Assembly (NCBI GenBank): GCA_030265395.1
Contig: JARFYF010000051.1
Span: forward strand, 29,845,038 to 29,909,037
Reading direction: 5' to 3'
Length of the DNA stretch: 64,000 bases
Source: Rhina ancylostomus
Taxonomy: Eukaryota
Below are positions 51,101-63,364 of this stretch, in pieces (positions within the stretch are counted from its first letter, which is position 1; each line of letters begins with the position of its first letter). A program made the position numbers and the translations under genes. Under the pieces are notes generated by a model that did no database searches, was not told the origin of the DNA, and saw nothing but the letters and a program-made list of their open reading frames with translations.

Positions 51101-52049
51101 CAGCCAAACTCTTATTTATGTAGAGACATCACAAGCCAAGAACAGCAAACCACAATTGGCTTCAGTAGTGCTACGTCTCCCTCAGGTGCTGGCCTGCTTT
51201 GAGGAGAAGAATGAAGGCAGGGGAAAGGTATCCCTCTCCCTGAGGCAAATAAGCTCAGAGGAAATATCTGTACCTCGTCTGGGTGGCTTTGAGGCTCCAG
51301 AATCATCTAAGGACTCGTTTATAAATGGAACTCATGTATATTGAGTGTTTAACGAAGACATCAACAGTTCAGAACCATGGCTGGAAGATCTAAAAAGAGA
51401 CCAAGGTAAGTTTTAAAGCCACCCTGTTTTTGAACTTCTTATGGGTCAAAGATGAGCAAGAGTGCCATTGCCAGACTGTTCAAGCTGCTTGAACTCCTTG
51501 ACCTAGCTTTTTTCCCCAACTCTTTCATTGTTATTGGGCAGCATAAAGTGATCCCAAGATCTTTTAGATCCATAGCAATATGCAAGGGAATTAAGCAGCT
51601 TTTTATTTTTTTTTGTCAAATTCTTCCCTCACTAACTGCCAAGACTCATTCTCATGAACTCATAGCCATGACTTCTTGCAAGCAAGTTCTTGCTCCAGCA
51701 CACCAACCAGCTAGTGATATGGAGGAAATGTAGAGTAGGTATCTGGATCGCCTTAAATTATGAAGACCATTTTGCTAAGATCAGCCAGACCTCCCAATCC
51801 CAGATATAGCCAGAACTGCTGTCACATGGTAGACTCCTCACATACTTTCATTCATGCTATGTACATATGAAAATGCTGGCTAGGATCTTGAATTCTTTGT
51901 AGTTTTCTTCCATTGAGCAATGTACATGCTAGAACAGAGAAATCCAACCACATGGAGCAAACTGCATTTCAAATACATCTCTTTTAAAAGTGGAGCAAGG
52001 TGAATTATCGCTATTCATTATCTGTCATGAAACATTAGTGAATATGGTT

Positions 52050-53830
52050 CACCTCAGCCTATGCTTGTTGTGTGCTAATGTTAATCTTTGTTTATTAAAA
52101 TACTGCTCAATATTTAGTTTGATTGATGTCATCCCACAGTAAGGCCTATACTCAGCTGGGAGATGTAATAGAGTACTGCCACTTTGTTCAGAAATTTTCT
52201 TTTCATTGCCATCATTCAAAACAATCTTAGGATCTCTCTGAATTGACAGAGACAATAGATATCAGGGCTAAAGTCACGTTGCTCATTGATATCATAGCAA
52301 TTGACTGGTTTCTACATTATAGATGATGTAGCCTGTTGCATTGCTTGATGCTCTATACTGCTACATGTTACTAGAACCAGTGTCTTACCAAAGGCAGAAT
52401 TTTTACATATCATAAAGCTCCTTGGGGATTGGAAATTTTGCAAAGTCATTTGAAGTCATGATTAATTTCCCACAAACACTGTGACAAAAATATCCAGAAT
52501 GCCTTGCGCATATCTGGGATTGTTTCTCACAAGGCCCAGGTGATATTCAATGGAGTTGATTATTGTGGAAGGAAAGTGAGGCACAGAAAATAATTCCAAA
52601 GATTGTTCTGGGTTTTGGTCATGAGCTTAGCATGTTGTCAGATATCAACTTTCTCTAATCAGACTCAGCTGGTATTTTTCTCCACTGAGGTCCTCAGCTG
52701 CCAAAAATTGGATTAGCACTGAGGCATTGAGGCTGTTTAAGTTCTCTTGGAATGTAACCTCCAGCTCCTGGAGCTTGAGGCAACTCACAGGATCAACAAA
52801 ATTGAATGTGACATCTGTCATATTTAAAATCATTGGTGAGGCTATCACAATTAAGATAGAACAATCTCTTTCAAGTGAACCTTGGCTTCCGTGATTTGAA
52901 TGCTTCCAGGTTCATTGTGATACACTTTGGAGTACTTGTCAAGTACAGCTGATCCAAATATTCCTTCACGCTTTGATCTCTCCTCAATCCAGCTGATCTT
53001 TGATACCCAGTTATGACCTATCAAATTTGATTCTTGCCCTCTTACAATTGGCAGAGGAATCTTTGCTCTATTTTCAAAACTTCTCATTCAGGTTTCCTAT
53101 CATCACTATCCTTTTCCAGGCAAAGTAAAAAGAATGATAAAATTACTCATTGAGCTTCATTCTGCTATTTGGCCAATATCACTTAAATTCCTTGTTACAC
53201 ATTCCTAATTCTGAAGCATTTCCATTGATCTTCTCTTTTCTTCATTGTATTCTGCTGTATGGCTGATTCAGTGGACTTTTGGTATCCAGCCTACATGATT
53301 CATTTAAGTCAACTCTTGACCTCACAATCTACCTTATTTGACCTTGCACCTTATTGTCTATCTGCAAAGCACTTCCCTGTAGCTGTGACACTTTACTCTG
53401 TATTGTTATCGTTTTTACCCTGTACTACCTCAATGCACTCTGTACTAATTCAGTCTATCTGCACTGTGTAATGAATTGATCTGTACGAACTGTATGCAAG
53501 ACAAGTTTTTCATTGTACCTCGTCCAAGTGACAATAATAAAGCAATGCCAATAAGTTTACCCAGATGATTTGTATGTTATCCTTTCCTCTTTTGTTCAAT
53601 AAGCTCCATACTGCTTGGTTGCTTGAGTTCGCCTTGGCTTTTCTTTGCTTTTAAGCAAATTGTTGACAGAAATGTCCTGATGTAACAATCATGAGAAATA
53701 GACTCTTTCTGCCTCCACTCATTACCTTGATGTTGTGTACTACTATGATAACAGTTTTTTTTCCCCTTTCCTGAAGATGCTGTACCAGTAGGCCCCAACT
53801 TGTTAATATGGGCTTTGCTGGGTGACATTG
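52050..53830 (-). mobile_element. Ancient Mag-like Gypsy gag-pol relic, interrupted by a LINE tail (53310-53550)
   Basis: Decayed double knuckle CYHSSTQH…C…IC, followed by the protease tail IPLPIVRGQESNLIGHNWVSKI…LDKYSKVY…G. Confidence 0.6.
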
Positions 53831-54002
53831 CAAATCCTGTACTTACTCGACTGCTGCCTCCATTTCCTGCTCTGTGTTTACTGACTGTTTGAAGTTTTGT
53901 TTCTTCTTACTGACCAGCCTCCTTTGAGTTTAGACATTTAGGAATCTACAAGCTTTGCAATATCTGTAATATCTCCCCAAACATACCAAAGCATTCCAAA
54001 AT

Positions 54003-54110
54003 CCAGTCCTGATACAGGGCTTCAACTTGAAACATTGACAATCCCTTTCCTCCCATGGATGCCGGTCAACCTGCTGAGTTCCTCCTGCAGATTGTTGCTC
54101 CAAGGTCCAC
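54003..54110 (+). mobile_element. Penelope-like terminal repeat
   Basis: ccagtcctgatacagggcttcaacttgaaacattgac…ctgctgagttcctcc. Confidence 0.65.
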
Positions 54111-55036
54111 AACACTTTTGTCTGGATACTGATTCCAGCTGTTAAGCTTGCATCATTTAATCATAGAACTTGAGATGAGGCACTAATGCAGTTGAATGAG
54201 TTCAACCAACTTGTCAAATGTCTTGACTCCTGGTTTGTCCAGAACCAGCTGTTTCTTTTAATCAATTTGTATGCCATAATATCTGCAAATATGCACCATA
54301 TCAACTTTCTCTTCCCTTCTGCAAAATCACTTGCTGCAATATTACACCGAAAATACCCTTTGCCATCTCAAACGAAAAGAGGCACCTTTTTAGGATTCTG
54401 GCAGGCTGTATTCCTGAATTATGGTCTTAGCCAATTCATAAATAACTCAAACCTTTTATTTTTCTGGACATATTGACCTGAGTTTTTACTTATTTAATTT
54501 TACTTTAATGTTTTAATTATTTTTCAGTATTTTAACATTGTTTTCAATTCTTTCATAATTATTTAAAGCAATTTTTTAGGCTTTTAAATGCCTCTGAAAA
54601 TAAGTGACATTTTAAAAACTACTAGAAAATCTTACATTTTTCAGTTGGAGGCAAAACTCTGCTCCCAATTTGTTTACTGTCAGGGCAATCCACTAAAGGA
54701 TTTCAGTAGAATGCTACTTGAGGCCTGCTTGCTGCTTAGCCAGACACCTTCTGGGTTGGTTGGATGGCCTCCTTCCTCCACCAGCATATCCTTAGCAANN
54801 NNNNNNNNNNNNNNNNNGTTAGTTTGACTGTGGAATATCTTTGGTAATTTATGAAAGTCTGAAATAAACAAGTCATGAAATAAGTGCTTAGCCCTGAGAT
54901 ATATTTTTTCCTAAGCCAAGACCTGTTGCCCCAGACATGGGATTTTTGATGGCCACAACTCTAGGACTTAGACATTACAGGGTTACCGGCAGAAGGAAGA
55001 AGGGAGAATGGTTCTGAGCTGCCAACCCCCATACTC

Positions 55037-56289
55037 TATTGTGATTGGCTAAATTGAAACACATGGAAGCTGTAACTAAGAGATATAAAAGCCTTTATTC
55101 AATACAGCAGATCTTCTGGAGAGAATCTAGCTTTCCTGTCATCACACAATGTTTTCTACCCTTTAAACACAAAGATAACAATAAATGATTAACTACAGTT
55201 TCAATGGCTATAATTACTTACTTAACTTTAACATTTTAAATGTAGACAGGTGACTTCGCAGAATTACAATGGTAGCACATCCCAACTACCAGAACTCCTT
55301 CGAAAACTGGTGGCTGGTCCGAAAGCTTCTGAGTACAAACTGGAAACAGAGTATACATCTTTTGTTACTGTGTTGAGAGATGGCTCCTTGAATATACAGC
55401 TAGCCAGAATATTAAGTGACAAAACAGACCTGTCCTGAACTAGCAGGGATAATCTTTAATAATGTATTAATACTCTGAGCTTCTCTCTCCCCTCTCCTTT
55501 CCTCCTCCCCCCCACCCACTTCTCTCCCTTTGTGGTCTGCCTGGCCTTCAAGGTTATGGAACTTGTTGTCCTTGCCATTAACCTGGATCACTTCCCATCT
55601 ATTCTCCAAATATCTTTCTAAGCTGATCTATATAACTGAACATCTACCTCCCAGAACCAGCCTTCATTACAGAGTACAATTACCATTATACTTTAATGGC
55701 TGTTGACACTAACTGTGTGTTGTCTGCATTCACGTTCCCATGCCCTTTCATTCATAGGTCTGCTTCCATCAGGAGTGGTCAGATATAAAGCTGCAGGCTT
55801 GTGGTCATCATTTAAGTTCTTTGTAATGCCATTGTTATTGGATGAATGTCCACACAGGCAGATGAAGAGACCGAGAAGAGGGTGAGTCATACCATTTGAC
55901 CCGAGTCCACTATTTCCACTGGCTCCCTCGCTGGGTCTGCACACAGACATGGGTGTCATTTGTCAGTAGAACCATGTGTGGTCGTATCAACCTGGGAATG
56001 AACCCTGCCTTTTTAGGCAGGTCCCTTACCATAATTTGGTCACTGAGGTATAGAAGGATGACCTTATCTCCCTCTTCGGATCAGCTGTGTGCTCCAGCTG
56101 TTTGACTGACCTGAATGTTGTTGTCACAAGCTCTACAGACTGTTAGATTGGTCAAAGAGGGGGCTGTTGTGGTTTCTGCCTGCCTCTCACATCTCCCTCC
56201 CTTATTAGGGCAATGCTCCGACCATGGCCTTTGAGGCCAGAGCTATCATATCATCCCTTGTCCTCTTGGGTTCAGTGTGGCAATCCCTC
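55037..56289 (-). mobile_element. ERV 3' part: gag NC end joined to integrase C-terminal tail, short env-like stretch, 3'LTR (55037-~55480)
   Basis: The minus strand reads SDQIMVRDLPKKAGFIPRLIRPHMVLLTNDTHVCV…W, a GPY/F-type integrase tail. A purine tract lies at 55480-55530. The LTR is homologous to 2530-2996 and has AATAAA. Confidence 0.8.
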
Positions 56290-56376
56290 TGTCACAATAT
56301 TGATCCAGAGCAAACTCAGAGCCCAAATGCAGCACACTGATACAAGACTGGAGTCAGGATACTTCCTCAGGACAAA
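56290..56376 (-). mobile_element. Gypsy (sushi-like) LTR 3' end, cut by a gap
   Basis: tgtcacaat…ggagtcaggatacttcctcagga matches 49632-49718. Confidence 0.8.
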
Positions 56377-56476
56377 NNNNNNNNNNNNNNNNNNNNNNNN
56401 NNNNNNNNNNNNNNNNNNNNNNNNNNNNNNNNNNNNNNNNNNNNNNNNNNNNNNNNNNNNNNNNNNNNNNNNNNNN

Positions 56477-58773
56477 TTTACTTTAATTCCCTGCTACCTC
56501 TGCACAGGCAGCTGCACTGCTAACACTACTTGTCTGTGTTTGGCCACCATCCCTAGGACCTCCTGACATGATTCACATACATTGTCCTGTCTCCTGTCCC
56601 TGCTTTTCATGGGTGCTGTGGTCATGTTTTCTGTTCTTTGGATCATATGTGTTTGCTGACCCTGACTCATCCACATAATCTGTCACTTCCCTGAGTCGAT
56701 GATAGTACCTGCCTTACTCAGCCTGTCTATCCCCAGGACAGTACCCTCATACCCAAAAATCCACTGGAAGTTGCACTCCCTCCATCTCAATTACCTGAGC
56801 CTCTTTCTGCTCTCGTTCCCTCCCCCTGCACTGGTAATGTAAGCAGCCTCTCCAGTTGTGGGCAAGGGTAGATCAGTTATCGATACTGATGACCCTGTGT
56901 CCATTAACATATCACATTGCTGACCCCCTAATAAACCTCTCATGTACATCCATGGGTAGCCAGTACTGGCAATGGGGGGTGCAGCCAGCCATTTGTCTGG
57001 CCCAGATGCTGTCCTCACCAGCTCTATGATCTGGTCGGCAGTTGTTTTGGACAGAGGGCGCTGCAGTGGCTTCTGCCTGTTTTGGTGGGTGACTCTCAGA
57101 CCTTCCTCCCTTATTCGGACACCGCCTCCAACATAGCCTGAGAGGTCACAGTTGTTACATTATCATCTCCTTTACCCTTCTATGTCTATTCCAGTAGTCC
57201 CTTGCTCAGTGCCCCGGTTGCTGGCATTGTAGTCCTCGCAGCAGCTACATCTACCACAGCCACCTCGCGACCTCTCGTCTATCTCCCCACGATACTACTG
57301 CAGGGTAGGTCACTCCCAAAGCTATCCCTAAATCTAAAACTTCCTGGTGGGCTGAACTCAGCCATTTCTAGCATTTTCAGGAAGATTGGATCATCCCTCC
57401 CTGGATTGTCCAGTCCTCATAGGCCCAACATTTATGCTCCGCATAATCCATGGCAGGCTAATCAGCTCTCTGAACCACCGACATTATCATTCCCCAATTA
57501 CTCTCACCTTCCCGCCGTCGCTGTCTCAATTCTCCCTTAAAATTCCAATCTCTCTCCTTGTGACTGGCACTCCAACTAGTCACCCATGTACCATCCCACA
57601 CCCCCGGGCCACACTGTCCCACATATTCCTTGGATATTTGGCTTTAATCAACATGTATATGTCTTTCGGGTGCATCTGGTGAATTTCAATCATTACTTCA
57701 AGCTTGCGCCAGAATTCTAAGTGAGGGCAGCTCATTCAGAATGCTCAGCTTCTCCTTGAGGGTGAAAGGTTTATGGATGGCAGTAATGAATGTAAAGGGC
57801 TGGCTAGGGTCATCAGAATTCTGGGCCTGTCTTTGACCTTGATAGGTGCCACCCCAACGAGCATGACTGGGTATAACCTCTCCTGTTTGCTGGCATGTTC
57901 CCACTTGTCAACTTCACGGGCCAGTGCCTCCCAGTCTACCTCTTCACCTTCATCTTTGGCCATTCCCATGACTGCTACCCAGTGAGCACAAACCTGCTGG
58001 GCCTTTCCCCATTTACCTCTCAGACTATCCAGGTCATTAACTAAATGATCCTTATGTTGTTCTAATTCCTCCATCACTTTTTGTCCATGTCTCACTCTCT
58101 TTGTATCCTGTTTAACTCTTCTCAATACGTGTCCCTTTCTTTCTCCAGTTCTTTGATTTGTGCGCTATGTGCCTCTTGCTGTGTCTGAGACTTGATTTTC
58201 TCCTGCAAGTATTTCCATGTTAATTCCAGTACCAAACAGAAGACAAGGAAGGGAAAGAAATAAAAGAGCAAATCCATGAGTTCTCCCTTTTGTGCCATTG
58301 CAAACGTTTTCTCCCACACACACACACAAACACACTCAGAAACAGGTGTACGACTATACAGTCTCCTGAACAAGTAATGTGCACCCCTTCTGGCATCCCC
58401 AATCCTCAACCTTTCACAACTGGTGGCCCTGTCTCACCAAATTACCCAATGTTGTCNNNNNNNNNNNNNNNNNNNNNNNNNNNNNNNNNNNNNNNNNNNN
58501 NNNNNNNNNNNNNNNNNNNNNNNNNNNNNNNNNNNNNNNNNNNNNNNNNNNNNNNNNNNNNNNNNNNNNNNNNNNNNNNNNNNNNNNNNNNNNNNNNNNN
58601 NNNNNTAACATATCTTTAGCTCTCCACCTTGTTCTTTGTTACTTTGTGATCCCATGGTCATTGACCTGAACAAGTTTAAGGTCAGGTGTTACACTTAAAA
58701 ATACTCATCCCCTTAGACTGCTGAGGTCAGTGGCAATGTAGTGGGTCATGAACGTATCCTGAACAAGCCCCCA
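56477..58773 (-). mobile_element. Class I-like ERV 5' part: PBS, leader, gag, protease (disrupted)
   Basis: Gag coiled coil; capsid FWRKLE…HPKD; MHR-like NWGMIMSVVQRAD*PAMDYAE (57410-57505); frameshifted knuckle CNNCDLSG…WRRCP (57117-57159); protease LMDTGSSVS (~56900) and VLGIDRL. Confidence 0.88.
58756..58773 (-). promoter_or_regulatory. Primer-binding site, tRNA-Pro type
   Basis: The minus strand reads tgggggcttgttcaggat, a 15/18 match to TGGGGGCTCGTCCGGGAT. The downstream leader is homologous to 33495-33565. Confidence 0.8.
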
Positions 58774-58899
58774 CATTCAGAACATCCCACACCCAATGAT
58801 TGCTTTCAATAGTCTTAAAGTTTAAGTTGAAGTTAGATTGTGAACAGGTTTTATTTCCTGAAGACTGATTCTCATTTTAATACCTGCTATCCATAATTT

Positions 58900-59720
58900 C
58901 ATAACTCTGGAGTAATCCCTAACATACTCAACTTGTTTTCCTTAACCAAGTTTGGAAAGACTGCACTTGTCCAAAGAGAACCCCACAGATATTTGCCACA
59001 TGCATCAGCTGCACTTTGTGCAAAGGAACAAGTCTGGCACACCTTTTCTAATTGCATCCAAATTACCATTTATACTGAATTGCTGCACCTTTCAAGCTTG
59101 TCGCTAGAAACATAAGTGACAGTTTGGCATACCCAGTTGCAGTGGGGAAGGAATAGGGCCTCTAAACCCAGGGAAAGTGCTACTCATCCCCCATGTCATT
59201 GGGCAGGCAGCAGGCAGAGCCAGCCCAGGGATTCTTTAGAATAATGGATTTCCCATTAGTGTCAGGAGATATTGACTACGGAAGAGATTTGACTTTCTCA
59301 GTAGTCAATAACAATGCTGAATTCCCAATATCCGGAGAACAGCTTGACACCTTCATCATATGATAGTCTCTTGTGCTCCTTCTATAAACCAGTGCACCTG
59401 AACTAAAGGTGCCAAGTCAGAGGCAGGGAGTATGCACTCAATACCTGGCTCCTCACACCATGCAAAGCCAATGCACCAGAAAGGAATGTGCAAAACTGAT
59501 GAGTTCTGCAGCCACTTGTAACATAATGAAGCAAACAGCCCTGGTCCAGAAGCAATGGCCCAGTGCACAAACTGCTCTGGAGGGGACTTGCATTACAATG
59601 CAGAATAGGCGCACCAATTCATTGCTGTCTGTCACATATTCCACAACCTAACAATTAGCCTGCTGAGCCCGAACGTGTTAGAGGTGGTGAGAAAGAAGGA
59701 GTAATGTGAGGAGGTGGACA
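58900..59720 (+). pseudogene. PIF/Harbinger (HARBI1-like) DDE transposase relic
   Basis: Colinear motifs across frames: GFFRIMDFPLVSGDID (~GFPxVxGAID), QYPEN..DTFI (~YPGSxHDxFI), EYALNTWLLTP (~GYPLxxWLxTP), ATCNIMKQT, SGGDLHY…VCHIFHNL. Confidence 0.75.
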
Positions 59721-59859
59721 GCAGCAGGCCGCTGAGGAGATGACTAACAGCATTGTGCTTTTAGAGAAGAAACACCTGATTCCAGTAACTGCACCTTGGA
59801 TAATGAGGCAGTCCCTGCTCATATGAAACAAGAGCTGATCAAAATCCAGGGTTCAGATA

Positions 59860-60930
59860 ACAAATTACACTAAGCCGGTAAGTCTGACATCAGTGGTGGA
59901 TAAATTGCTCGAGGGCATTCTGAGGTTCAGGATCTACCAACATTTGGAGACACAGGGTCTGATTCCAGATAGCACAGCTTTGTGTTTGGGAAGTTGTGTC
60001 TGACAAATGTCTTGGAGTTCTTTGAGGAGTGTCTAACGTAGATGTCTTTACTGTCCAGATGTTCCAGAGATGAATGTAGGGCCAGGGAGATGGTGTCCAC
60101 CGTAAACCTGTTTTGGTGGGAGGTGAATTACAGTGGGTTGAGGTTGTCTGGGAGGCTGGAGCTGATGTGTGCCATGACCAGATTCTTGAAGCACATCATG
60201 ATGGTGGATGTCAGAGCCACTGTAACCTTATTTTTCTTAGGTACTGGGATGATAGTGGTGGTTACTCAAATGTTTCTCAATTGGTTACATATTTTTCAAA
60301 CTTGGGATCATTCCAGAGAGTTAGTACGGTTTCTGGATGTCAGATGGATACCAAATATGAGTTTTTCAGCCATTCAGCATTTGATGCTTTTGTGGATGAT
60401 ACTCAAGTGACAGCACTGGATAGGGTGCAAGAGGTGATAGCTCTGGATTGGATGCAGAGGAGATTCACTAAGTGTGGCCTGGGATGGAGCATTTCACTTA
60501 TGAGGAGAGATGGGAAAGGCTGGGTCTGTTTCCCCTGCCGTGGAGGAAGTTAAGAGTGGACATGACTGAGGTATATCAAATCATGAGGGGAATTGATCAG
60601 GTAGAGTCTTGAAAACTTTTCCCCAGTTCAGAGGTAGATAAAACTAGAAGCCAAAGATTTAGAATAAGGGGTAAGAGATTAAAAGGGATCTGAAAGGGAC
60701 CTTTTTCACCTTGAGAGTGCTGAGTACCTGGAATGCACTGCCTGAGAGAATTATGGAAGCAGAGTCACTGACCATGTTTAAAAAGTCTCTCGATGAGCGC
60801 TTAAATTGCCTTGGCATAGAAAGCCATGGCCCAAGTACTGGAAGATGGGATTAATATGGATGGATACCCACTAGTTGGCATGTATGTGGTTGGTTGAGTG
60901 GCTTGTTTCCATGCTGTTTAACTCTAAGAC
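59860..60930 (+). mobile_element. CR1 fragments with an inserted minus-strand Rex1-type RT piece (~60040-60260)
   Basis: ALDWMQRRFTK and a CR1 3'UTR. cttgaagcacatcatgatggtggatgtcagagc is the reverse complement of a stretch encoding [11 protein letters not shown]. Confidence 0.75.
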
Positions 60931-62639
60931 TCCCAGAGAATAAGCTGCCCGGACAAATTAATGGAGCTCATGATCAGTTCACAAAAACCTATAACGAAAT
61001 AATATGCTAAAATGCTAGAAATGGCTCTACAACTTTCAGTGTAAGTAATGAAACTGAATGCCAAAGTGTGCTGGCCATCATGGTTCAGTGTATTTCTTCT
61101 CATTGATGCTATCAGTTTTTTAAATTTATTACTAACATATTATGGTTTTGTACAAATGGCAAGGTGCCAGAAATTAAGCGTTTCTGGAAATTATGGGTTA
61201 ATGTTATCTTGATCAGCCTCGGGTTCCTGCAAGATCCAAAGATTTCTTTACTGCTAACTGTAACCAGTGTACACCCTGTTAATGGTGTACACCTGTTAAT
61301 GGCTACAGCTTGAACTCATTGTATAATTTCCCCACTGGGCTATTATTCCAACTCTTGCTTTTTAATTCTTCTGGCACAGGTCTCCATCAAAATCTTTAGT
61401 GTTTGCTGACATTTAAATCCATCAATCTTCAAGTCACAAAAGAATAGCTGAACACTTTCTCTTAACGTTCTGAAATTAGTGTGAACCATAAAATCTACCT
61501 TTGATTTTGCACACCTTCAGAATTCTGTCAACACAATTCTCTGATGTGTCTGTGATCAGTGCTACCGCTCTTGAAATTGAACTCTATAATGGGGGCTAAA
61601 TCAGCAGTGTGCTTTATGCTTTATATCAGGACACAGGACACATTGCATGTGTGGACCACATACAAGTCAAACAGAAAGAGGACAACACTGCAGCATCACC
61701 CCAGCACTTTTTTTCAGTGCTATGCAAATCAGCCTCCATGACCTTCTGTTTTTTTAAAGATAATTATCTAAATTTAAAACTGAGTTGAAAATCTCGTCAT
61801 GACAACAAAGTTTCTTCATTTGCATCTGGCAATCAATGTGACCAAATATGAGTTGTGTTACATTTTTTAAGTGTACTCACAATGAAGGAAACATCCTACC
61901 TGAGTAGTTGCACAAAAGCAACTAGCTTTCATGTTACTTAAGTGTGTTTATTGAATTTGACAGTTATCAAATTAAACATTCAAAAAGTGCCTGCAGCATT
62001 TATCACAAAGATAAATCAGTGTTGACAGAATTCTGAAGGTGTGGTGCAAAATCAAAGGTAGATTTTAAAGTTCACACACTCTAATTTCACAATGATAAGA
62101 GAAAGCAGTCAGCTAATTCTTTTCTGACTAAGAGATTAATGGATTTAAATGTCAACAAACACTAAAGATTTGATCGAGCCCTGTGCCAGAAGAATTAAAA
62201 AGCAAGAGTTGAAAATAATAGCCCAGTGGGGAAATTATACAATGAGTTCAAGCTGCAGCAGCCAGGAAAGCATGCAAGAACTGAAATTACCACTCCCACT
62301 GATTAGGCAGAACTTCTTCCTATATCCTGCATTACTGATGCACAGAAAGAATTTAAGACAGATTTTCATTGACCCAACATTTAAAAGCAGTGGGTGATTA
62401 ATTTACACAGATAAAGCCAATTCTTCATAGCAAGAACGGAAGTGTGCTATTAAACCTTTTTGATGGAGAACCTGCCATCCCTGCTGGCAAGAAAATATGT
62501 GTTTGGCCAATTGTGTTGGAGTTGTAATGTTGAAGGACCATGAAGGCCATTAGGACCAGTGAAAACCCTACATATATTAGTGAAGTCTACTGAGGAAGAG
62601 TCAAATCTGGAAAAAAGACAAAGCAGCAGTAGGTTAATA

Positions 62640-63050
62640 AAAAAGCCTTGTGATGCTGGAGGAACTCAACAGGCCAGGCAGCATCTGTGGAGAAAAGCAG
62701 GTGGACAACATTTCAGGTCAGGATCCTCCTTCAGGAATGAAGATAGGAAAAGGGGAAGCCCAATATATAGGAGGGAAAAGCAGAGCAGTGATAGGTGGAC
62801 AAAAGAGGGGCGGCGGGGTGGGCACAGGGTGGTGATAGGTAGATGCAGGTAAGAGACAGTGATAGGCAGGTGCAGGGGAGGAGGGGAGAGCAGATCCACC
62901 GGAGGGTGGGTCAAAGGTAAGAAGAGAGAGGAAAATAAAGTAGAAAAAAGTGGCTAGGGAAGGGATGAAGAGAAGAAGCCTGGTGAAGGGGTTTTTGTGG
63001 GGAAGTGGGGTGGGGAGAACTCAATATTCACGCCGTTAGGCTGCAAGGTT
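62640..63050 (-). mobile_element. Penelope-like terminal repeat with purine-rich tail
   Basis: gctggaggaactcaacaggccaggcagcatctgtgg…catttcaggtcaggatcctccttcagg. Confidence 0.75.
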
Positions 63051-63164
63051 TGCGATGTGTGCCCTTGAACTATAGTATTGTGTACAGTTCTATCTGCTAC
63101 AGGAAGAACATGACAACAGTGAAGAGGGTGCAGAGTAAGGGTTTACTAAAGTGCAGGTGAATGT

Positions 63165-63345
63165 GGGCAGCACCGTGGCACAGCGGGTAGAGCTGCTGCC
63201 CCGTGGCTCCAGAGACCCAGGTTCGATCATGACTTCCGGCGCCGTCTGTGTGTGGAGTTTTCACATTCTCCCTGTGACCATGTGGGTTCCCTCTGGGTGC
63301 TCCGATTTCCTTCCACGTACCAAAGATGTGCTGGTAGGTAGATAA
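63165..63345 (+). mobile_element. tRNA-derived V-domain SINE, 5' part
   Basis: A-box tggcacagcggg, B-box ggttcgatc, V-domain tgtgtggagtttt…gtgggttccctctgggtgctccg. Confidence 0.85.
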
Positions 63346-63364
63346 CTACTTGACTTTGACTGCT

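Noticed and set aside
51100-51410. Possible Harbinger Myb/SANT first exon ending aag|gtaagt
   Set aside because: Only a vague motif resemblance; the 129-aa ORF at 50955 is a chimera beginning in RTE sequence.
61267-61303. Short tandem duplication gtgtacac(c)ctgttaatg x2
   Set aside because: Only two units; ordinary slippage, not a CRISPR-like array.
63165-63245. tRNA gene
   Set aside because: The A/B boxes run directly into a V-domain, so this is a SINE head rather than a cloverleaf tRNA.
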